From the NCBI GenBank assembly GCA_003020945.1, contig PXRU01000003.1, positions 72,947-136,946 of the forward strand: DNA of 64,000 nucleotides. The letters are read 5' to 3'. The translations under genes and the position numbers were made by a program. The notes beneath the pieces were generated by a model, which searched no databases, was not told the origin of the DNA, and saw only the letters and a program-made list of their open reading frames with translations. Positions 39,233-49,391 of this stretch are shown here, piece after piece; position 1 is the stretch's first letter, and each line of letters starts with the position of its first letter. This DNA is from Halobacteriales archaeon QS_6_71_20 (GTDB lineage: Archaea; Halobacteriota; Halobacteria; Halobacteriales; Haloferacaceae).

Positions 39233-40561
39233 ATGTCAACAACCATGTCCGAACGGACGAGGCGGCGGATGCTGAAGCGACTCGGAGCCGGCGGGACCGT
39301 CGGGGTCGTCTCCCTGGCCGGGTGTGCCCAGCAGGAGGAAGGCGGCGGCGGCGAGACCGACACCGGCGGCGGCGAGACCGACACTGACGGCGGCGGCGGC
39401 AGCGACGACTCCGGCGGCGACGAGTCGATCACCATCGGGACGATATTCCCGGTCACGGGGACCAACAGCGCCTACGGCGGGGGCCACCAGGAGGCGGCGA
39501 ACCTGGCGGTCGAGGAGATGAACGATGCCGGCGGGCCGCTGGACCGCGAGGTCGACATCGTCAACCGCGACACGGAGGGGAACCCCTCGCGGGCGGCCCA
39601 GAAGTTCCGGACGATGATCAACGAGGAGGGGATCGTCGGCCTGGTCGGTCCCTACTCCAGCGGCATCGGGACCACGCTGGCCCCGGTCGCCCGCGACAAC
39701 CGCGTGATGGAGGTCAGCAACGGCAACACCTCGCCCGCGCTTGCGACGGCCGGCGTCAACGAGGAAAACGATGTGAAGTACTACGGCCGGACCTCGCCGA
39801 ACGACGTCCAGCAGGCGCTGGTGATGGGCCGTATTCTGAACCAGCGGGTGGAGGCGGAGACCGCGTCGTTCCTCTACGTCGACAACCCGTACGGTCAAGG
39901 GCTCGCCGAGCGAGCGAGCGAGAACTTCGACGGGGAGACGCTCGATCTGGTGGGTTACTCCAAGCAGACCAACGACTACACGTCGACGCTGGACGCCGTC
40001 TTCGAGGGGGATCCGGACGCCGTCGGCGCGGTGATGTATCCCGGAAACGGTCGCACGATCCTGAACCAGTGGGACCAGGGCGGCTACGGGGGCCAGTGGG
40101 TCGCCGCGGAGGCCATCCTCTCGCCACAGCTACTGTCGGACCTCTCGGACATCGTCGAAGGGATGTTCATCACCTCCCCGCAGACCGCGAACAGCGAGAC
40201 GTTCATCGACAACATGGGCGGCGAGGAGGCAGTCACCCAGTTCGCGCCCCACGCCTACGACGCGACCTACTTGGAGGGGCTGGCGCTCCAGCGGGCCGGC
40301 GAGGCCAGCGGGACCGCCATCGCGGAGAACATCCGGAGCGTCTCGCGGGGCGACGGCACGACGGTCGGCGTCGGCGAGTTCCAGGCCGGGAAGGAAGCCC
40401 TGGCCGACGGCGAGTCGATCAACTACGAAGGTACCTCCGGCTCGGTCGACCTGAACGAGAACCTCGAACCGGTCGTGCCGTACCGCATCCTGCAGGCCTC
40501 CGACGGCGAAGCCGAGGTCATCGAGGAGGTGCCCCTGAGCTACTTCGAGGGCAAGATGTAG
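39233..40561 (+). CDS. Liv-type ABC transporter substrate-binding lipoprotein (Tat)
   Basis: RRRMLK twin-Arg, LAGC lipobox, type I periplasmic-binding fold motifs. Confidence 0.92.
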   Translation: MSTTMSERTRRRMLKRLGAGGTVGVVSLAGCAQQEEGGGGETDTGGGETDTDGGGGSDDSGGDESITIGTIFPVTGTNSAYGGGHQEAANLAVEEMNDAGGPLDREVDIVNRDTEGNPSRAAQKFRTMINEEGIVGLVGPYSSGIGTTLAPVARDNRVMEVSNGNTSPALATAGVNEENDVKYYGRTSPNDVQQALVMGRILNQRVEAETASFLYVDNPYGQGLAERASENFDGETLDLVGYSKQTNDYTSTLDAVFEGDPDAVGAVMYPGNGRTILNQWDQGGYGGQWVAAEAILSPQLLSDLSDIVEGMFITSPQTANSETFIDNMGGEEAVTQFAPHAYDATYLEGLALQRAGEASGTAIAENIRSVSRGDGTTVGVGEFQAGKEALADGESINYEGTSGSVDLNENLEPVVPYRILQASDGEAEVIEEVPLSYFEGKM

Positions 40562-40636
40562 GCGGAGCGGACCTCGACGCGGCGTGCAGCGCAGGAACGC
40601 ATCGGGATTTACTTCGAGCACACGAGTACCGTCGGT

Positions 40637-41839
40637 ATGGGCATCGAGATCGAACCGGAGTGGCAGCCGGCGACCAAGCTGAACGTCGTCGGCGGGGCGC
40701 TCGATTTCACGTCGGTGGAGCCGATCCCGGACGGCGTCACCCGAGACCGGATCGAGGAGATCTGCTACACGATACGGGAACTGTACGGCGAGTACGTCGA
40801 CGAATTCGTCGCCGAGACCGACCTCTCCCGACGGGAGGCACAGACTTGGGTGCTCCGGACGCTCGCCCACCAGGGAACCGACCGCCTCTCCTACGAGGCC
40901 GTCGGGCTGTACATCTGGGCCATCGGCCGGGCGACCGAGGGGGACCCGCTCTCCCGGACGATCGTCACGGACTACTACGAGCGGGCCGAGCGGAAGATCG
41001 AGCGCGCCGAGGCGACCCTCAAGCGGGCCGGGCCGCCGCCGTACCCCGACGACGTGTACGACGACCCCGCCGTTCTCTGGGTGGACGCGCCCGTCGCCGA
41101 CCGGCTCCGGGAGCGTCGCCAACCCGAGGAGACGTACAGCGACGTGATCAAGCGGCTGCTGGACGGGACGACGGCGGGGCTGTCGCTGGCCGAACTGATC
41201 GAGACCTACCGGTCGGAACGGGGCTCCGACTACGTCGCCGTCGAGACGGTGTACCCGGAGTGGGACCACGAGTTCCGACTGGTCGTCGGCGTCGACGAAC
41301 CGGGGGCGACCCCGGCCGCCGTCGAGAGAGCGACGGCCCTCCGGGTCGGCGACGAGCCGCGAGCGTTCACCGTCGACGAGACGACGGAGCCGACGCACGC
41401 CGACGCGCACCTCGTCGGCTTCGCCGACACCGCCGACCTGTCGGTGCCCGTCGAGGACGGCGTCGAGACGGTTCGACGGGCGCTGGCGGGCGTCGAGCGC
41501 ACGCTACCGGAACTGGTCGACGACCTCCGATCCGCCGGCGGGACGGCGCTGGCCGTCGCCGACGAGCCCGCGGGTGCCGGCGCGAACCTCCACCCGGTGT
41601 TCCCGGAGTCGGCACCCGCGGACGCGCTGGCGCATCTCGAACGGCTGGCCCTCGACGACCGGACGCTGTCCGTCGGTCGGGTGTCGCCGGTCGACGCCGA
41701 GAAATACCGGGGATCGGACCACGAGACGACGCTGTTGTGGGCGGGCGACGGGGGCGACCTCGGTCGCCGCCCTCTCCCCGACGATCCCGCCGAGCGGCGC
41801 GAACTGTTCCCGGCGCGGGTGCTCGCAACGAGCACCTGA
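40637..41839 (+). CDS. Conserved haloarchaeal hypothetical protein
   Basis: 400-aa acidic ORF; LSRREAQ HTH-like and ETYSDVIKRLLD RHH-like segments. Confidence 0.7.
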   Translation: MGIEIEPEWQPATKLNVVGGALDFTSVEPIPDGVTRDRIEEICYTIRELYGEYVDEFVAETDLSRREAQTWVLRTLAHQGTDRLSYEAVGLYIWAIGRATEGDPLSRTIVTDYYERAERKIERAEATLKRAGPPPYPDDVYDDPAVLWVDAPVADRLRERRQPEETYSDVIKRLLDGTTAGLSLAELIETYRSERGSDYVAVETVYPEWDHEFRLVVGVDEPGATPAAVERATALRVGDEPRAFTVDETTEPTHADAHLVGFADTADLSVPVEDGVETVRRALAGVERTLPELVDDLRSAGGTALAVADEPAGAGANLHPVFPESAPADALAHLERLALDDRTLSVGRVSPVDAEKYRGSDHETTLLWAGDGGDLGRRPLPDDPAERRELFPARVLATST

Positions 41840-41868
41840 TCTCAGTGTGCGCGGTACGCACCGGCCCG

Positions 41869-42576
41869 TCAGCCACCCAGATACAACTCCCGAACCTCCT
41901 CGCTCTCCAGCAGCTCCTTACCGGTTCCCTCGTACCGGTTCTCCCCCATATCCAGCACGTACCCCCAGTCCGAGACCGAGAGAGCCTGCTGTGCGTTCTG
42001 CTCGACCATGAGGATGGCCGTCTCCGTCTCGTCGCGGATGCCGACCAGCCGGTCGAACATGTCGTCGACGAGGTCCGGCGCGAGACCGGCGGACGGCTCG
42101 TCGACGAGGATCAGGCCGGGGTCCAACATCAGCGCCGACGAGAGCGCGAGCATCTGCTGTTGCCCGCCGGACATCGCCCCGGCCTTCTGGTGCTGGCGCT
42201 CCCGGAGAACCGGGAACCGGTCGAACGCGGCTCGGAAATCCTCCTCGCGGGGGTCGGCGTCGATGTAGGCCCCCATCTCCAGGTTCTCCCTGACCGTGAG
42301 GTTCGGGAAGACGTTCTCGCGTTGCGGGACGTAGCAGAGCCCCTGCTCTGTCACCTCGTCGGCCCGCAGGTCGGTTATCTCCCGCCCCTCGAAGGTGACC
42401 GTCCCCGACCAGCAGTCGATGAGTCCGTAGATGGCCTTCATCAGCGTCGACTTCCCCGCACCGTTCGGGCCGATGACCGTGACGATCTCCTCCTCGCCCA
42501 CGTCGACGTCGACGCCGTGGAGTATCTCTGCGTCGCCGTAGCCGGAGACCACGTCCCGAGCTTCCAGTAGCGACAT
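41869..42576 (-). CDS. Liv-type ABC ATP-binding protein (LivF-like)
   Basis: GPNGAGKST, MSGGQQQM, LVDEPSAGL. Confidence 0.95.
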   Translation of the reverse strand: MSLLEARDVVSGYGDAEILHGVDVDVGEEEIVTVIGPNGAGKSTLMKAIYGLIDCWSGTVTFEGREITDLRADEVTEQGLCYVPQRENVFPNLTVRENLEMGAYIDADPREEDFRAAFDRFPVLRERQHQKAGAMSGGQQQMLALSSALMLDPGLILVDEPSAGLAPDLVDDMFDRLVGIRDETETAILMVEQNAQQALSVSDWGYVLDMGENRYEGTGKELLESEEVRELYLGG

Positions 42577-42577
42577 C

Positions 42578-43546
42578 TCAGTCCACCCCCAGATAGGCGT
42601 CGACGACGCGCTGGTTCCGCCTGATCTCCTCGGGCGGTCCCTGAACGAGCTTCTTCCCCTCGTTCATCACGACGATGGTGTCGGAGAGGTTCATGATGAC
42701 CTCCATGTCGTGTTCGACGATACAAAACGTGTACCCCTCGTCCCGAAGCGTCTCGATACGGTCCATCAGCTTCTCGGTCAGCGCCGGGTTGACGCCGGCG
42801 ACCGGCTCGTCCAGCAGGACGAGCTGCGGGTCGAGCATGAGGACCCGTCCCAGCTCCAGGAGCTTTCGCTGGCCGCCGGAGAGGTTGCCCGCCCGCTCGT
42901 CGGCGACGTGATCGATCTCCAGCAGCTCCAGCATCCCGGTGGCCCGGTCGTACAGGTCGGCCTCCTCGCGAGCGACCGCGCCGCGTCGGAGCCACGCGTT
43001 CACGAGGTTCTCGCCGGACTGTGCCTGCGGCGCGAGCATCAGGTTCTCGCGGGCGGTCATATCCCCCAGTTCGCGGGTGATCTGGAAGGTTCTGGCCAGC
43101 CCCTCGCGGGCCAGCATGAACGGGCGGCTGTTCTTGTGGCCGTCGTAGGCCTGCTTGGCTGCCTCCTGTCCGACGTACAGCCCCGCGCCGAGTCCCGTTC
43201 CGACCGCGCCCACCCCGAGACTCGCCGCGGTGCCGAGTCCGGCCAGTCCGAAGGCCGCGACGCCGCCGAGGCTGCCGAACGTGAGCCCCGAGGCCCCGCC
43301 CCAGACCAGCCGCTCGTCGCTGCTGGGAGCCATTAGATCCTGAAGCTCCCGGCCGTCGTAGCGGACGGTCCCGCCGTCCGGCTCGTAGAAGCCGCTGATG
43401 AGATTGAACGTCGTGGTCTTGCCCGCGCCGTTCGGGCCGATGAGGCCCGTTATCGATCCCGACTCGATGTCGAAGGTCGCGCCGTCGACGGCGACGATAC
43501 CGCCGAAGCTCTTCCGGAGTTCCTCGACTTCGAGGATAGCACTCAT
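42578..43546 (-). CDS. Liv-type ABC ATP-binding protein (LivG-like) with a hydrophobic insertion
   Basis: GPNGAGKTT, LSGGQRK, LLDEPVAG, IVEHD; ~65-aa Gly/Ala/Leu insert after Walker A. Confidence 0.92.
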   Translation of the reverse strand: MSAILEVEELRKSFGGIVAVDGATFDIESGSITGLIGPNGAGKTTTFNLISGFYEPDGGTVRYDGRELQDLMAPSSDERLVWGGASGLTFGSLGGVAAFGLAGLGTAASLGVGAVGTGLGAGLYVGQEAAKQAYDGHKNSRPFMLAREGLARTFQITRELGDMTARENLMLAPQAQSGENLVNAWLRRGAVAREEADLYDRATGMLELLEIDHVADERAGNLSGGQRKLLELGRVLMLDPQLVLLDEPVAGVNPALTEKLMDRIETLRDEGYTFCIVEHDMEVIMNLSDTIVVMNEGKKLVQGPPEEIRRNQRVVDAYLGVD

Positions 43547-45303
43547 TCGTCGTCACCCCCGTCGGCGCGGGCCGGAACTCCGTCGCGGGGTCCGGCCGCC
43601 GTCGTCCCGTCGGCAATAGGGGTGCTGTAGTCGGCTCTGCCGAGGACGCCGTCCGGCAGGTAGTAGAGGACGACGAGAAAGAGCACTCCCATCGCGGCCA
43701 GCCGGAACGCCAGCACGTTCACTCGTAGCGCCGGCGGGAAGAAGGAAGCCAGCTGGATCGTCGCCTGTTGGAACGCCCAGAAGACGGCGGCCCCGAGGAT
43801 GGTCCCCTTGTTGTTGCTGGCCCCGCCGATGAAGACAATGAGCAGGGCGATGAACGTCACCCGCGGGGCGAACGTGACGAACGTGAGCCCCTGCGTGTAC
43901 ATGGCCCACAGCGCCCCGGCGAACCCACCCAGCGCCGAGCCGAGGACCATGCTCTGGACCTTGTAGACGAACGGGTCCTTGCCCAGCGAGCGGACCACGT
44001 CCTCGTCGTTGCGGACGGCCCGGAGCACCCGACCGAAGGGCGACCGAGCGGTTAGCTCCAGCAGGTAGTACGCCCCGAGCATGAACAGGAGCACGCCGGC
44101 CAGCAGGAACCGCTGGTAATCCACCCGGACGGTCAGACGCCCGAGACCCGTGACGAGATAGTCGACGCCCACGTCGCCGCCGAAGGCCAGCGCCCAGATC
44201 AGGTTGGCGAACAGCGTCCGGAGCGCTCCGGAGAGATCGCCGCCGGCGAGCGGTCCCACGAGCGGGAGGACGAAGTACCACACCGAGACGAACCACAGCG
44301 ACCCGGCACCGATGATCCGGAGCTTGCCGGCGGCGAACCACTCGCGGGTCCGAACCGCCCGGTAGAAGCCGCCGACGAGCGCCGTCAGGAGCGCCAGCGT
44401 TCCGGCGATCTTCACCGCGACGCTCCCGGCGTAGGGGATGGGCAGCAGCGCGACGAGGAGTCCGGTCCCGAGACCGATCCCGGCGAGCCACTCTCGTCTG
44501 CCGAGCCGGTCGACGCGGGCGCTCACCACGACGAGGACGACCGCCCAGACGAACAGGGAGACGACGACGCCGGCCGGCAGGATGGCGTCCGCGAGCAGCA
44601 GAACCCCGCCCGACAGTGTCCCGGCGACGATCCCGCCGACAGCGGCAACTCTGCCCCGGCCCAGGTCCCCGGCAGCCGCGCCGAACGACCCCGCGAAGTA
44701 CAGGGACGACGCCGGGAGGCGGGTCGCGGGGTCGCGCTCACCGCCGAGCACGGCCAGCGCGACGGCCCAGACGACCGCCGCCGTGACGGCGAACAGCGTC
44801 GGCGTGGCCGGGACGGTCGCCCCGACGACCGGGAGGGTGAGCTCCGAGTTTAGCAGCAGGGGGAAGTTCCCCTTCAGCGGCGGGCTGTACCCCCGTAACG
44901 CGTCGGGGCCGTTGGCGAACCAGGTCTCGGCCTGAACGAACCGCTGGAAGATGACCGAGACGCCGAGCACCGTGATGGCGAGGTAATCCTCCCGAAGCCG
45001 GATGGTCGGAAGCGCGACCAGCCCGCCGATGACGCCCGCGACGACCGTCGCGACGACGATTCCGACCAGCCAGTTCCCGACCACCGGCACGTCCGCCAGC
45101 CCCGCGACGTAGGCCGTGAAGTCCCCCGGATCGTCCGGCGGGAGCACGAAGAACACCGAGACGTACGCCCCGACGAGGAAGAAGCCGACGTGGCCGAAGT
45201 CCAGCAGCCCCGTGTGGCCGTACTTCAGCGTCAGGCCGTACGACAGGATGGCGTATATCCCCACCACCACCACGAACGAGATGACGACATCGGCGACCGC
45301 CAT
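43543..45303 (-). CDS. Liv-type ABC permease (LivM-like), extended
   Basis: GHTGLLDFGH, RLREDYLAIT, SPFGRVLRAVRNDE, IGGASN. Confidence 0.9.
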   Translation of the reverse strand: MAVADVVISFVVVVGIYAILSYGLTLKYGHTGLLDFGHVGFFLVGAYVSVFFVLPPDDPGDFTAYVAGLADVPVVGNWLVGIVVATVVAGVIGGLVALPTIRLREDYLAITVLGVSVIFQRFVQAETWFANGPDALRGYSPPLKGNFPLLLNSELTLPVVGATVPATPTLFAVTAAVVWAVALAVLGGERDPATRLPASSLYFAGSFGAAAGDLGRGRVAAVGGIVAGTLSGGVLLLADAILPAGVVVSLFVWAVVLVVVSARVDRLGRREWLAGIGLGTGLLVALLPIPYAGSVAVKIAGTLALLTALVGGFYRAVRTREWFAAGKLRIIGAGSLWFVSVWYFVLPLVGPLAGGDLSGALRTLFANLIWALAFGGDVGVDYLVTGLGRLTVRVDYQRFLLAGVLLFMLGAYYLLELTARSPFGRVLRAVRNDEDVVRSLGKDPFVYKVQSMVLGSALGGFAGALWAMYTQGLTFVTFAPRVTFIALLIVFIGGASNNKGTILGAAVFWAFQQATIQLASFFPPALRVNVLAFRLAAMGVLFLVVLYYLPDGVLGRADYSTPIADGTTAAGPRDGVPARADGGDDE

Positions 45304-46733
45304 CAGCTACCCCCCGTGATGCCCTCGGGCTTGATCAACAGGACGAGCAGCAGCACGACGAACGCGACCGGCACCCGATACGTGGCGCTCAGCCCCGGAA
45401 CGGCGAAGATGGCGACCTCCATCGCGAGACCGACGACGTAGCTCCCGAGGATCGCACCGTAGACGGAGATACCCCCGAGGATGACCCCGGCGAACATCGG
45501 GAGCAACAGGAAGAAGCCGAGGTTGATGGTGATGTTGCTGAACAGGAACCCCAGCAACACCCCGGCCACGGCCGCGAACATCCCCGCGATGATCCAGACG
45601 ACCATCATCACGCGCCGGGTGTTGATCCCCCGGATCATCGCGAGGTCGCGGTTGTCGCTGGTCGCACGCATCGCCTTCCCGAGCGTCGTCGCCCGGAGCA
45701 GATAGTGGAGCAGGCCCATCATCGCCAGCGCGATGCAGACGATACCCACCCGGAGGGGGGAGGTCCGCAGTCGCGTACTGACGAGCGGGTCCGACGGCAC
45801 GTCGGCACCGCCCGAGAGGACCGCTCCCCCGATCAGGAGGACGGCGGCACTGCCGAGCGCCGCCGCCAGCCGCGGACCGACGACGGCCGCGGAGCCCCGC
45901 CGCCACCGGTAACCGGCCACCGCAACCGCGCTCGCGACGACGAGCAACGCGACAACCTCCAGCCAGCCGTATCCCAGCGCGAGCAGTTGGGTGGTCTCGC
46001 CGCCTCGCGTTTCGAGGACGGTCGCCGTGACGCCGTCGCCGGCGATCGAGAAGTCGACGAACTTCGCGAACGTGAAGTCGACGCTCCGGCCGGCGACCGG
46101 GACGGTAGTCTCCACCTCGTAAAATCGGATGTCGCCGCCGAACACCGTCTGGATGCTGAACCGAATGACGAACGCCATCGCCAGCGAGACGACGAGCATC
46201 ATCGCGAGTTCGACGCCTTTCTCGCGGAACTTTCGGTAGACGAGCGACTCCGTCAGCGGCACGATGGCCCCCAGTAGAACCACGGCGAACAGCAACGCCG
46301 CGGGATACGACGGAAGCCCGGCGACCACGAGCGCGCCGACGAGGACGGCGACCGCCGCGTGGACGCCGAGACCGACCGTCGGTGGCGCGTCGATACCCCA
46401 CCAGCTTCCCTTGAGGGCGCGAACGCCCCCGAGGTGGTAGACGGAACCCAAAACGCCGGCCGTCGAGAGCAAGAAGACGATTCCGGCCCCTGCGGTTCCG
46501 ACTGCACGAGGACCGGTCGCGAACACGTCGAACAGCGGAACCGACCCGGGCTTGTTGACCAGCAGCGCCGCGTACGCGCCCAGCGTGAGGAGGTCGCCGT
46601 GGGCGAAGTTCGGCACCTCGGCGATGTCGTACACGAGCGCGAGACCGATCGCGCCAAGCGAGATGATGCTCCCGGTGACCAGCCCAGTCAGCATCGCGTT
46701 CGGCAAACCGATCGTCGGAGCCATGTTCGCCAC
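45303..46733 (-). CDS. Liv-type ABC permease (LivH-like), extended
   Basis: AIGLALVY...NFAHGD, TTLGKAMRATSDNRDLA, ILGG. Confidence 0.9.
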   Translation of the reverse strand: MANMAPTIGLPNAMLTGLVTGSIISLGAIGLALVYDIAEVPNFAHGDLLTLGAYAALLVNKPGSVPLFDVFATGPRAVGTAGAGIVFLLSTAGVLGSVYHLGGVRALKGSWWGIDAPPTVGLGVHAAVAVLVGALVVAGLPSYPAALLFAVVLLGAIVPLTESLVYRKFREKGVELAMMLVVSLAMAFVIRFSIQTVFGGDIRFYEVETTVPVAGRSVDFTFAKFVDFSIAGDGVTATVLETRGGETTQLLALGYGWLEVVALLVVASAVAVAGYRWRRGSAAVVGPRLAAALGSAAVLLIGGAVLSGGADVPSDPLVSTRLRTSPLRVGIVCIALAMMGLLHYLLRATTLGKAMRATSDNRDLAMIRGINTRRVMMVVWIIAGMFAAVAGVLLGFLFSNITINLGFFLLLPMFAGVILGGISVYGAILGSYVVGLAMEVAIFAVPGLSATYRVPVAFVVLLLVLLIKPEGITGGS

Positions 46734-46832
46734 GTGTTACCCCCGCACGCATATTGCTTTCTTCACCTCACCGAACTGACCGGAGAACGACGCGACCCGC
46801 GGATCGTCGGGCAGAACCGTTCCGAGAGATGG

Positions 46833-47687
46833 CTACTCCAGCCGACCGCGCCGCCACTTCTCGGTGTCGGGCGTCTGATTGAACGTGTACACGTGGAGGC
46901 CACGGATGTCGTACGCCGGGTCGTCGACGTGCGGTGCGAGGCCGTCGACCAGCTCGTTCGGCTCGTAGTTGCCCCGGGAGCCGACGAGCTGTTTGACGAA
47001 GCCGAGCACGCCGGTCGTCTTCTTCAGGAACTTCACCGAGTCGCCGACGCCCACCTTCTGTGAGATGCCCATCAGCCGCTTGTAGTTCATGACGCCCGGG
47101 ATGCCGACCTCGACGGGCAGGTCGACGCCGCGGTCGCGAACGTCCTCGACCCACTCGATGACGGCGTCCGGGTCGTAACAGATCTGCGTGACGATGTACG
47201 TCGCGTACGGCGCCTTCTGTGCCATCGCTTCGGCCAGCGTGTCGTCGTCGAGGAAATCGTGGCCCTCCGGGTAGCCGGTGATGCCGACCTCCTCGAACTC
47301 GTACGGCATCTCGTCGAGCGCGATCAACAGCTCGTGTGCGGAGTCGAACGCACCGGCCGGCTCCTCGCGGTCGCCGCCGGGCACGAAGATATCCGTCACG
47401 CCGGCGTCGGTCAGTCGACGGGCGATCTCCCGCAGCTGGTCGCGGTCCTCGACGTAGCGCGCCGCGACGTGTGGGACGACGTCGTAGCCCGCGGCGGCCG
47501 CCTCCTCCGTGCGCTCGACCGTCGTCTCGATACCCAGCTGCGGCGACGTCGTGATCGCGATCGTCGCGTCGTCCGGGAGGTGTGTGACCTCTTCCTCGAA
47601 GCTCTCGAAGGGCATCAACTCGAAGCGGACGCTCGTGAGCAGCTCCTCGACTCCCGTTCTGTCGACGGATCGTGTGCGTAGGGCCAT
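46833..47687 (-). CDS. metF: Methylenetetrahydrofolate reductase (MetF-like)
   Basis: VPHVAAR, PGGD, GITGYPEGH, VTQICYD, LHVYTFNQ. Confidence 0.85.
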   Translation of the reverse strand: MALRTRSVDRTGVEELLTSVRFELMPFESFEEEVTHLPDDATIAITTSPQLGIETTVERTEEAAAAGYDVVPHVAARYVEDRDQLREIARRLTDAGVTDIFVPGGDREEPAGAFDSAHELLIALDEMPYEFEEVGITGYPEGHDFLDDDTLAEAMAQKAPYATYIVTQICYDPDAVIEWVEDVRDRGVDLPVEVGIPGVMNYKRLMGISQKVGVGDSVKFLKKTTGVLGFVKQLVGSRGNYEPNELVDGLAPHVDDPAYDIRGLHVYTFNQTPDTEKWRRGRLE

Positions 47688-47747
47688 CGATTGTTACCTG
47701 GTTTCGTTATGGGGTTATTTGATGTAAGGGTTGCCAGCCGAACCTGT

Positions 47748-48761
47748 TTAAGTAGCGGCGTCGGGCATGCCGTGCCGGCGGATGTGCCGGACGACTTCGT
47801 CGCGCATGGGGCCGCGATGGTCGTCGGCCACCCGGCGTGTGACCTGATCGAGCAGGCCGAGCCGACGCAGTAACTCGCGCGTCCGCTCGTGGCCGAGGCC
47901 GAGGTCGCGGTCGACCTCGTGCACCGTCGCGGCCTCGACGACCGCGTCGACGAGGTCCGTGACGCCGACGCCGTCGGGAAGGCCGATGCCGTCCGCGACG
48001 AGCTGTTCGTCCGCCGGCACGCCGGTCGACGGTTCGGTCGCGGCGTCCTCGTCGGTCTCGGCCGTCCGTGGGCCGCCGTCCTCGGCGCCCTCGGTGTCAC
48101 GCTCCGTCGAGTCCGACTCGTAGTTGTCCGGCGTGTGAACGCCCGCATCGACCATGTACCGGCGGACCGTCTCGGCGACGACATCCATCTCGATCAGTCG
48201 GCTCATCTCCTCGAACGTCTCACAGGCGTCGTACAGCGTCCGCAGATACGCCGTGTCCTCGTACGGCGGCACCGACTCGTCCCTGACGGCGTCGAGTTCC
48301 GGCTGTGCGGTCGCTGCTGTGCCGGTTCCGTCGTCGGTCGCGGGGTCGGCGGTCGCCGCGGGCGCGTCCCCGGTGTCCGTCTCCGTCGCGGCGGGGTCCG
48401 GGGCGGTCCCGTCGTCGCTCCGCTTCGGGTCGAGCGTGAACTCGTGTGTACAGCGGAGCGCTCCCTCGTCGGTCACGGCGACGGTCTCCGTTCCGCCGGG
48501 CGCGATCGGCACCGTCGGCGGGAGCAGCGTTTCGAGGGAGGGCGCTTGAAACCGAACACGCAGTTCCTCGTCCTCGGTCACCGTCGCCGACTCGGGCGTG
48601 AAGACGTCGTGCGTGCCGGCCTCCAGCGCATGGTCGACGACGAGCCGGACGGTCACGTCCGTGTCCCCCATGGCCGCCTCGACGGACTGTACGGACCCGC
48701 CGTGTGACTCACACGTATCCACGACGTCGGACAGGACGTCGAACGCGGGTCGCCGAACCAT
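47748..48761 (-). CDS. Haloarchaeal hypothetical protein with an HTH-like central and C-terminal region
   Basis: PPYEDTAYLRTLYDACETFEEMS...ETVRRYMVDAGVH. Confidence 0.7.
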   Translation of the reverse strand: MVRRPAFDVLSDVVDTCESHGGSVQSVEAAMGDTDVTVRLVVDHALEAGTHDVFTPESATVTEDEELRVRFQAPSLETLLPPTVPIAPGGTETVAVTDEGALRCTHEFTLDPKRSDDGTAPDPAATETDTGDAPAATADPATDDGTGTAATAQPELDAVRDESVPPYEDTAYLRTLYDACETFEEMSRLIEMDVVAETVRRYMVDAGVHTPDNYESDSTERDTEGAEDGGPRTAETDEDAATEPSTGVPADEQLVADGIGLPDGVGVTDLVDAVVEAATVHEVDRDLGLGHERTRELLRRLGLLDQVTRRVADDHRGPMRDEVVRHIRRHGMPDAAT

Positions 48762-49391
48762 ATGTCTACGTCACAATGACATGTTATGGAGCATCACAGT
48801 ACGTGCGGAATACGCAACCCATTCAAGAGGTCCGAACGGGTTCGCCCGTCCCGAACGACGTGGCGCCTCAGCCCGACGCACGGAGCGCGGCCGGTCGCTC
48901 ACCCGCCACGACCGTGCCGCTCGACAGGTCGAGCGCCCGCAGCAGTCGCTCGACGCCGTCCGCCCCCGTCTCGGCAGTCGGACGCGGGACGCCCCGGCCG
49001 TTCGCCAGCTTCGCGGTGATGGCCGGGACGCTCGCCCGCGCGGGCGTGACTCGAAACCCTCCGGTCGACGAGTCGGCGTCGCACCGCCGGTCGTCCGGAA
49101 CCTGCTGAACCGAACCGACGACACCCACCGCTGGCTCGCGTTCGGCCCGCCGCCGGTCGGCACAGCCGAGGGCTTCGGAAGCTACGCCTTGCCGGAAAGG
49201 AGGGATAGCTGCCGGCCGATCGCGGCGGGTTCCGAGCCTGATACCGCAGCGGGGGCATCACACGATTTCTTAACGCCGTCGCCACTGGCAAGTACTGGAC
49301 CGCGACGTGCCTGTTCGTGTACACGTCGAGGCGGGCGGCGAGACTGGCGATAGCTATATCCGGCCGTCACGACCAACTTAGGACCGAACTT

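Noticed and set aside
35748-49298. Similar motif CTGGTAGAGTACTGG (35748) and CTGGCAAGTACTGG (49285) upstream of two GcvT-family genes
   Set aside because: Only two gapped instances, and it was not seen upstream of the other cluster genes; could be chance
48771-49300. Short ORFs in the spacer upstream of gcvT paralog 1
   Set aside because: No recognisable motif or consistent coding signal; no riboswitch-like structure could be supported
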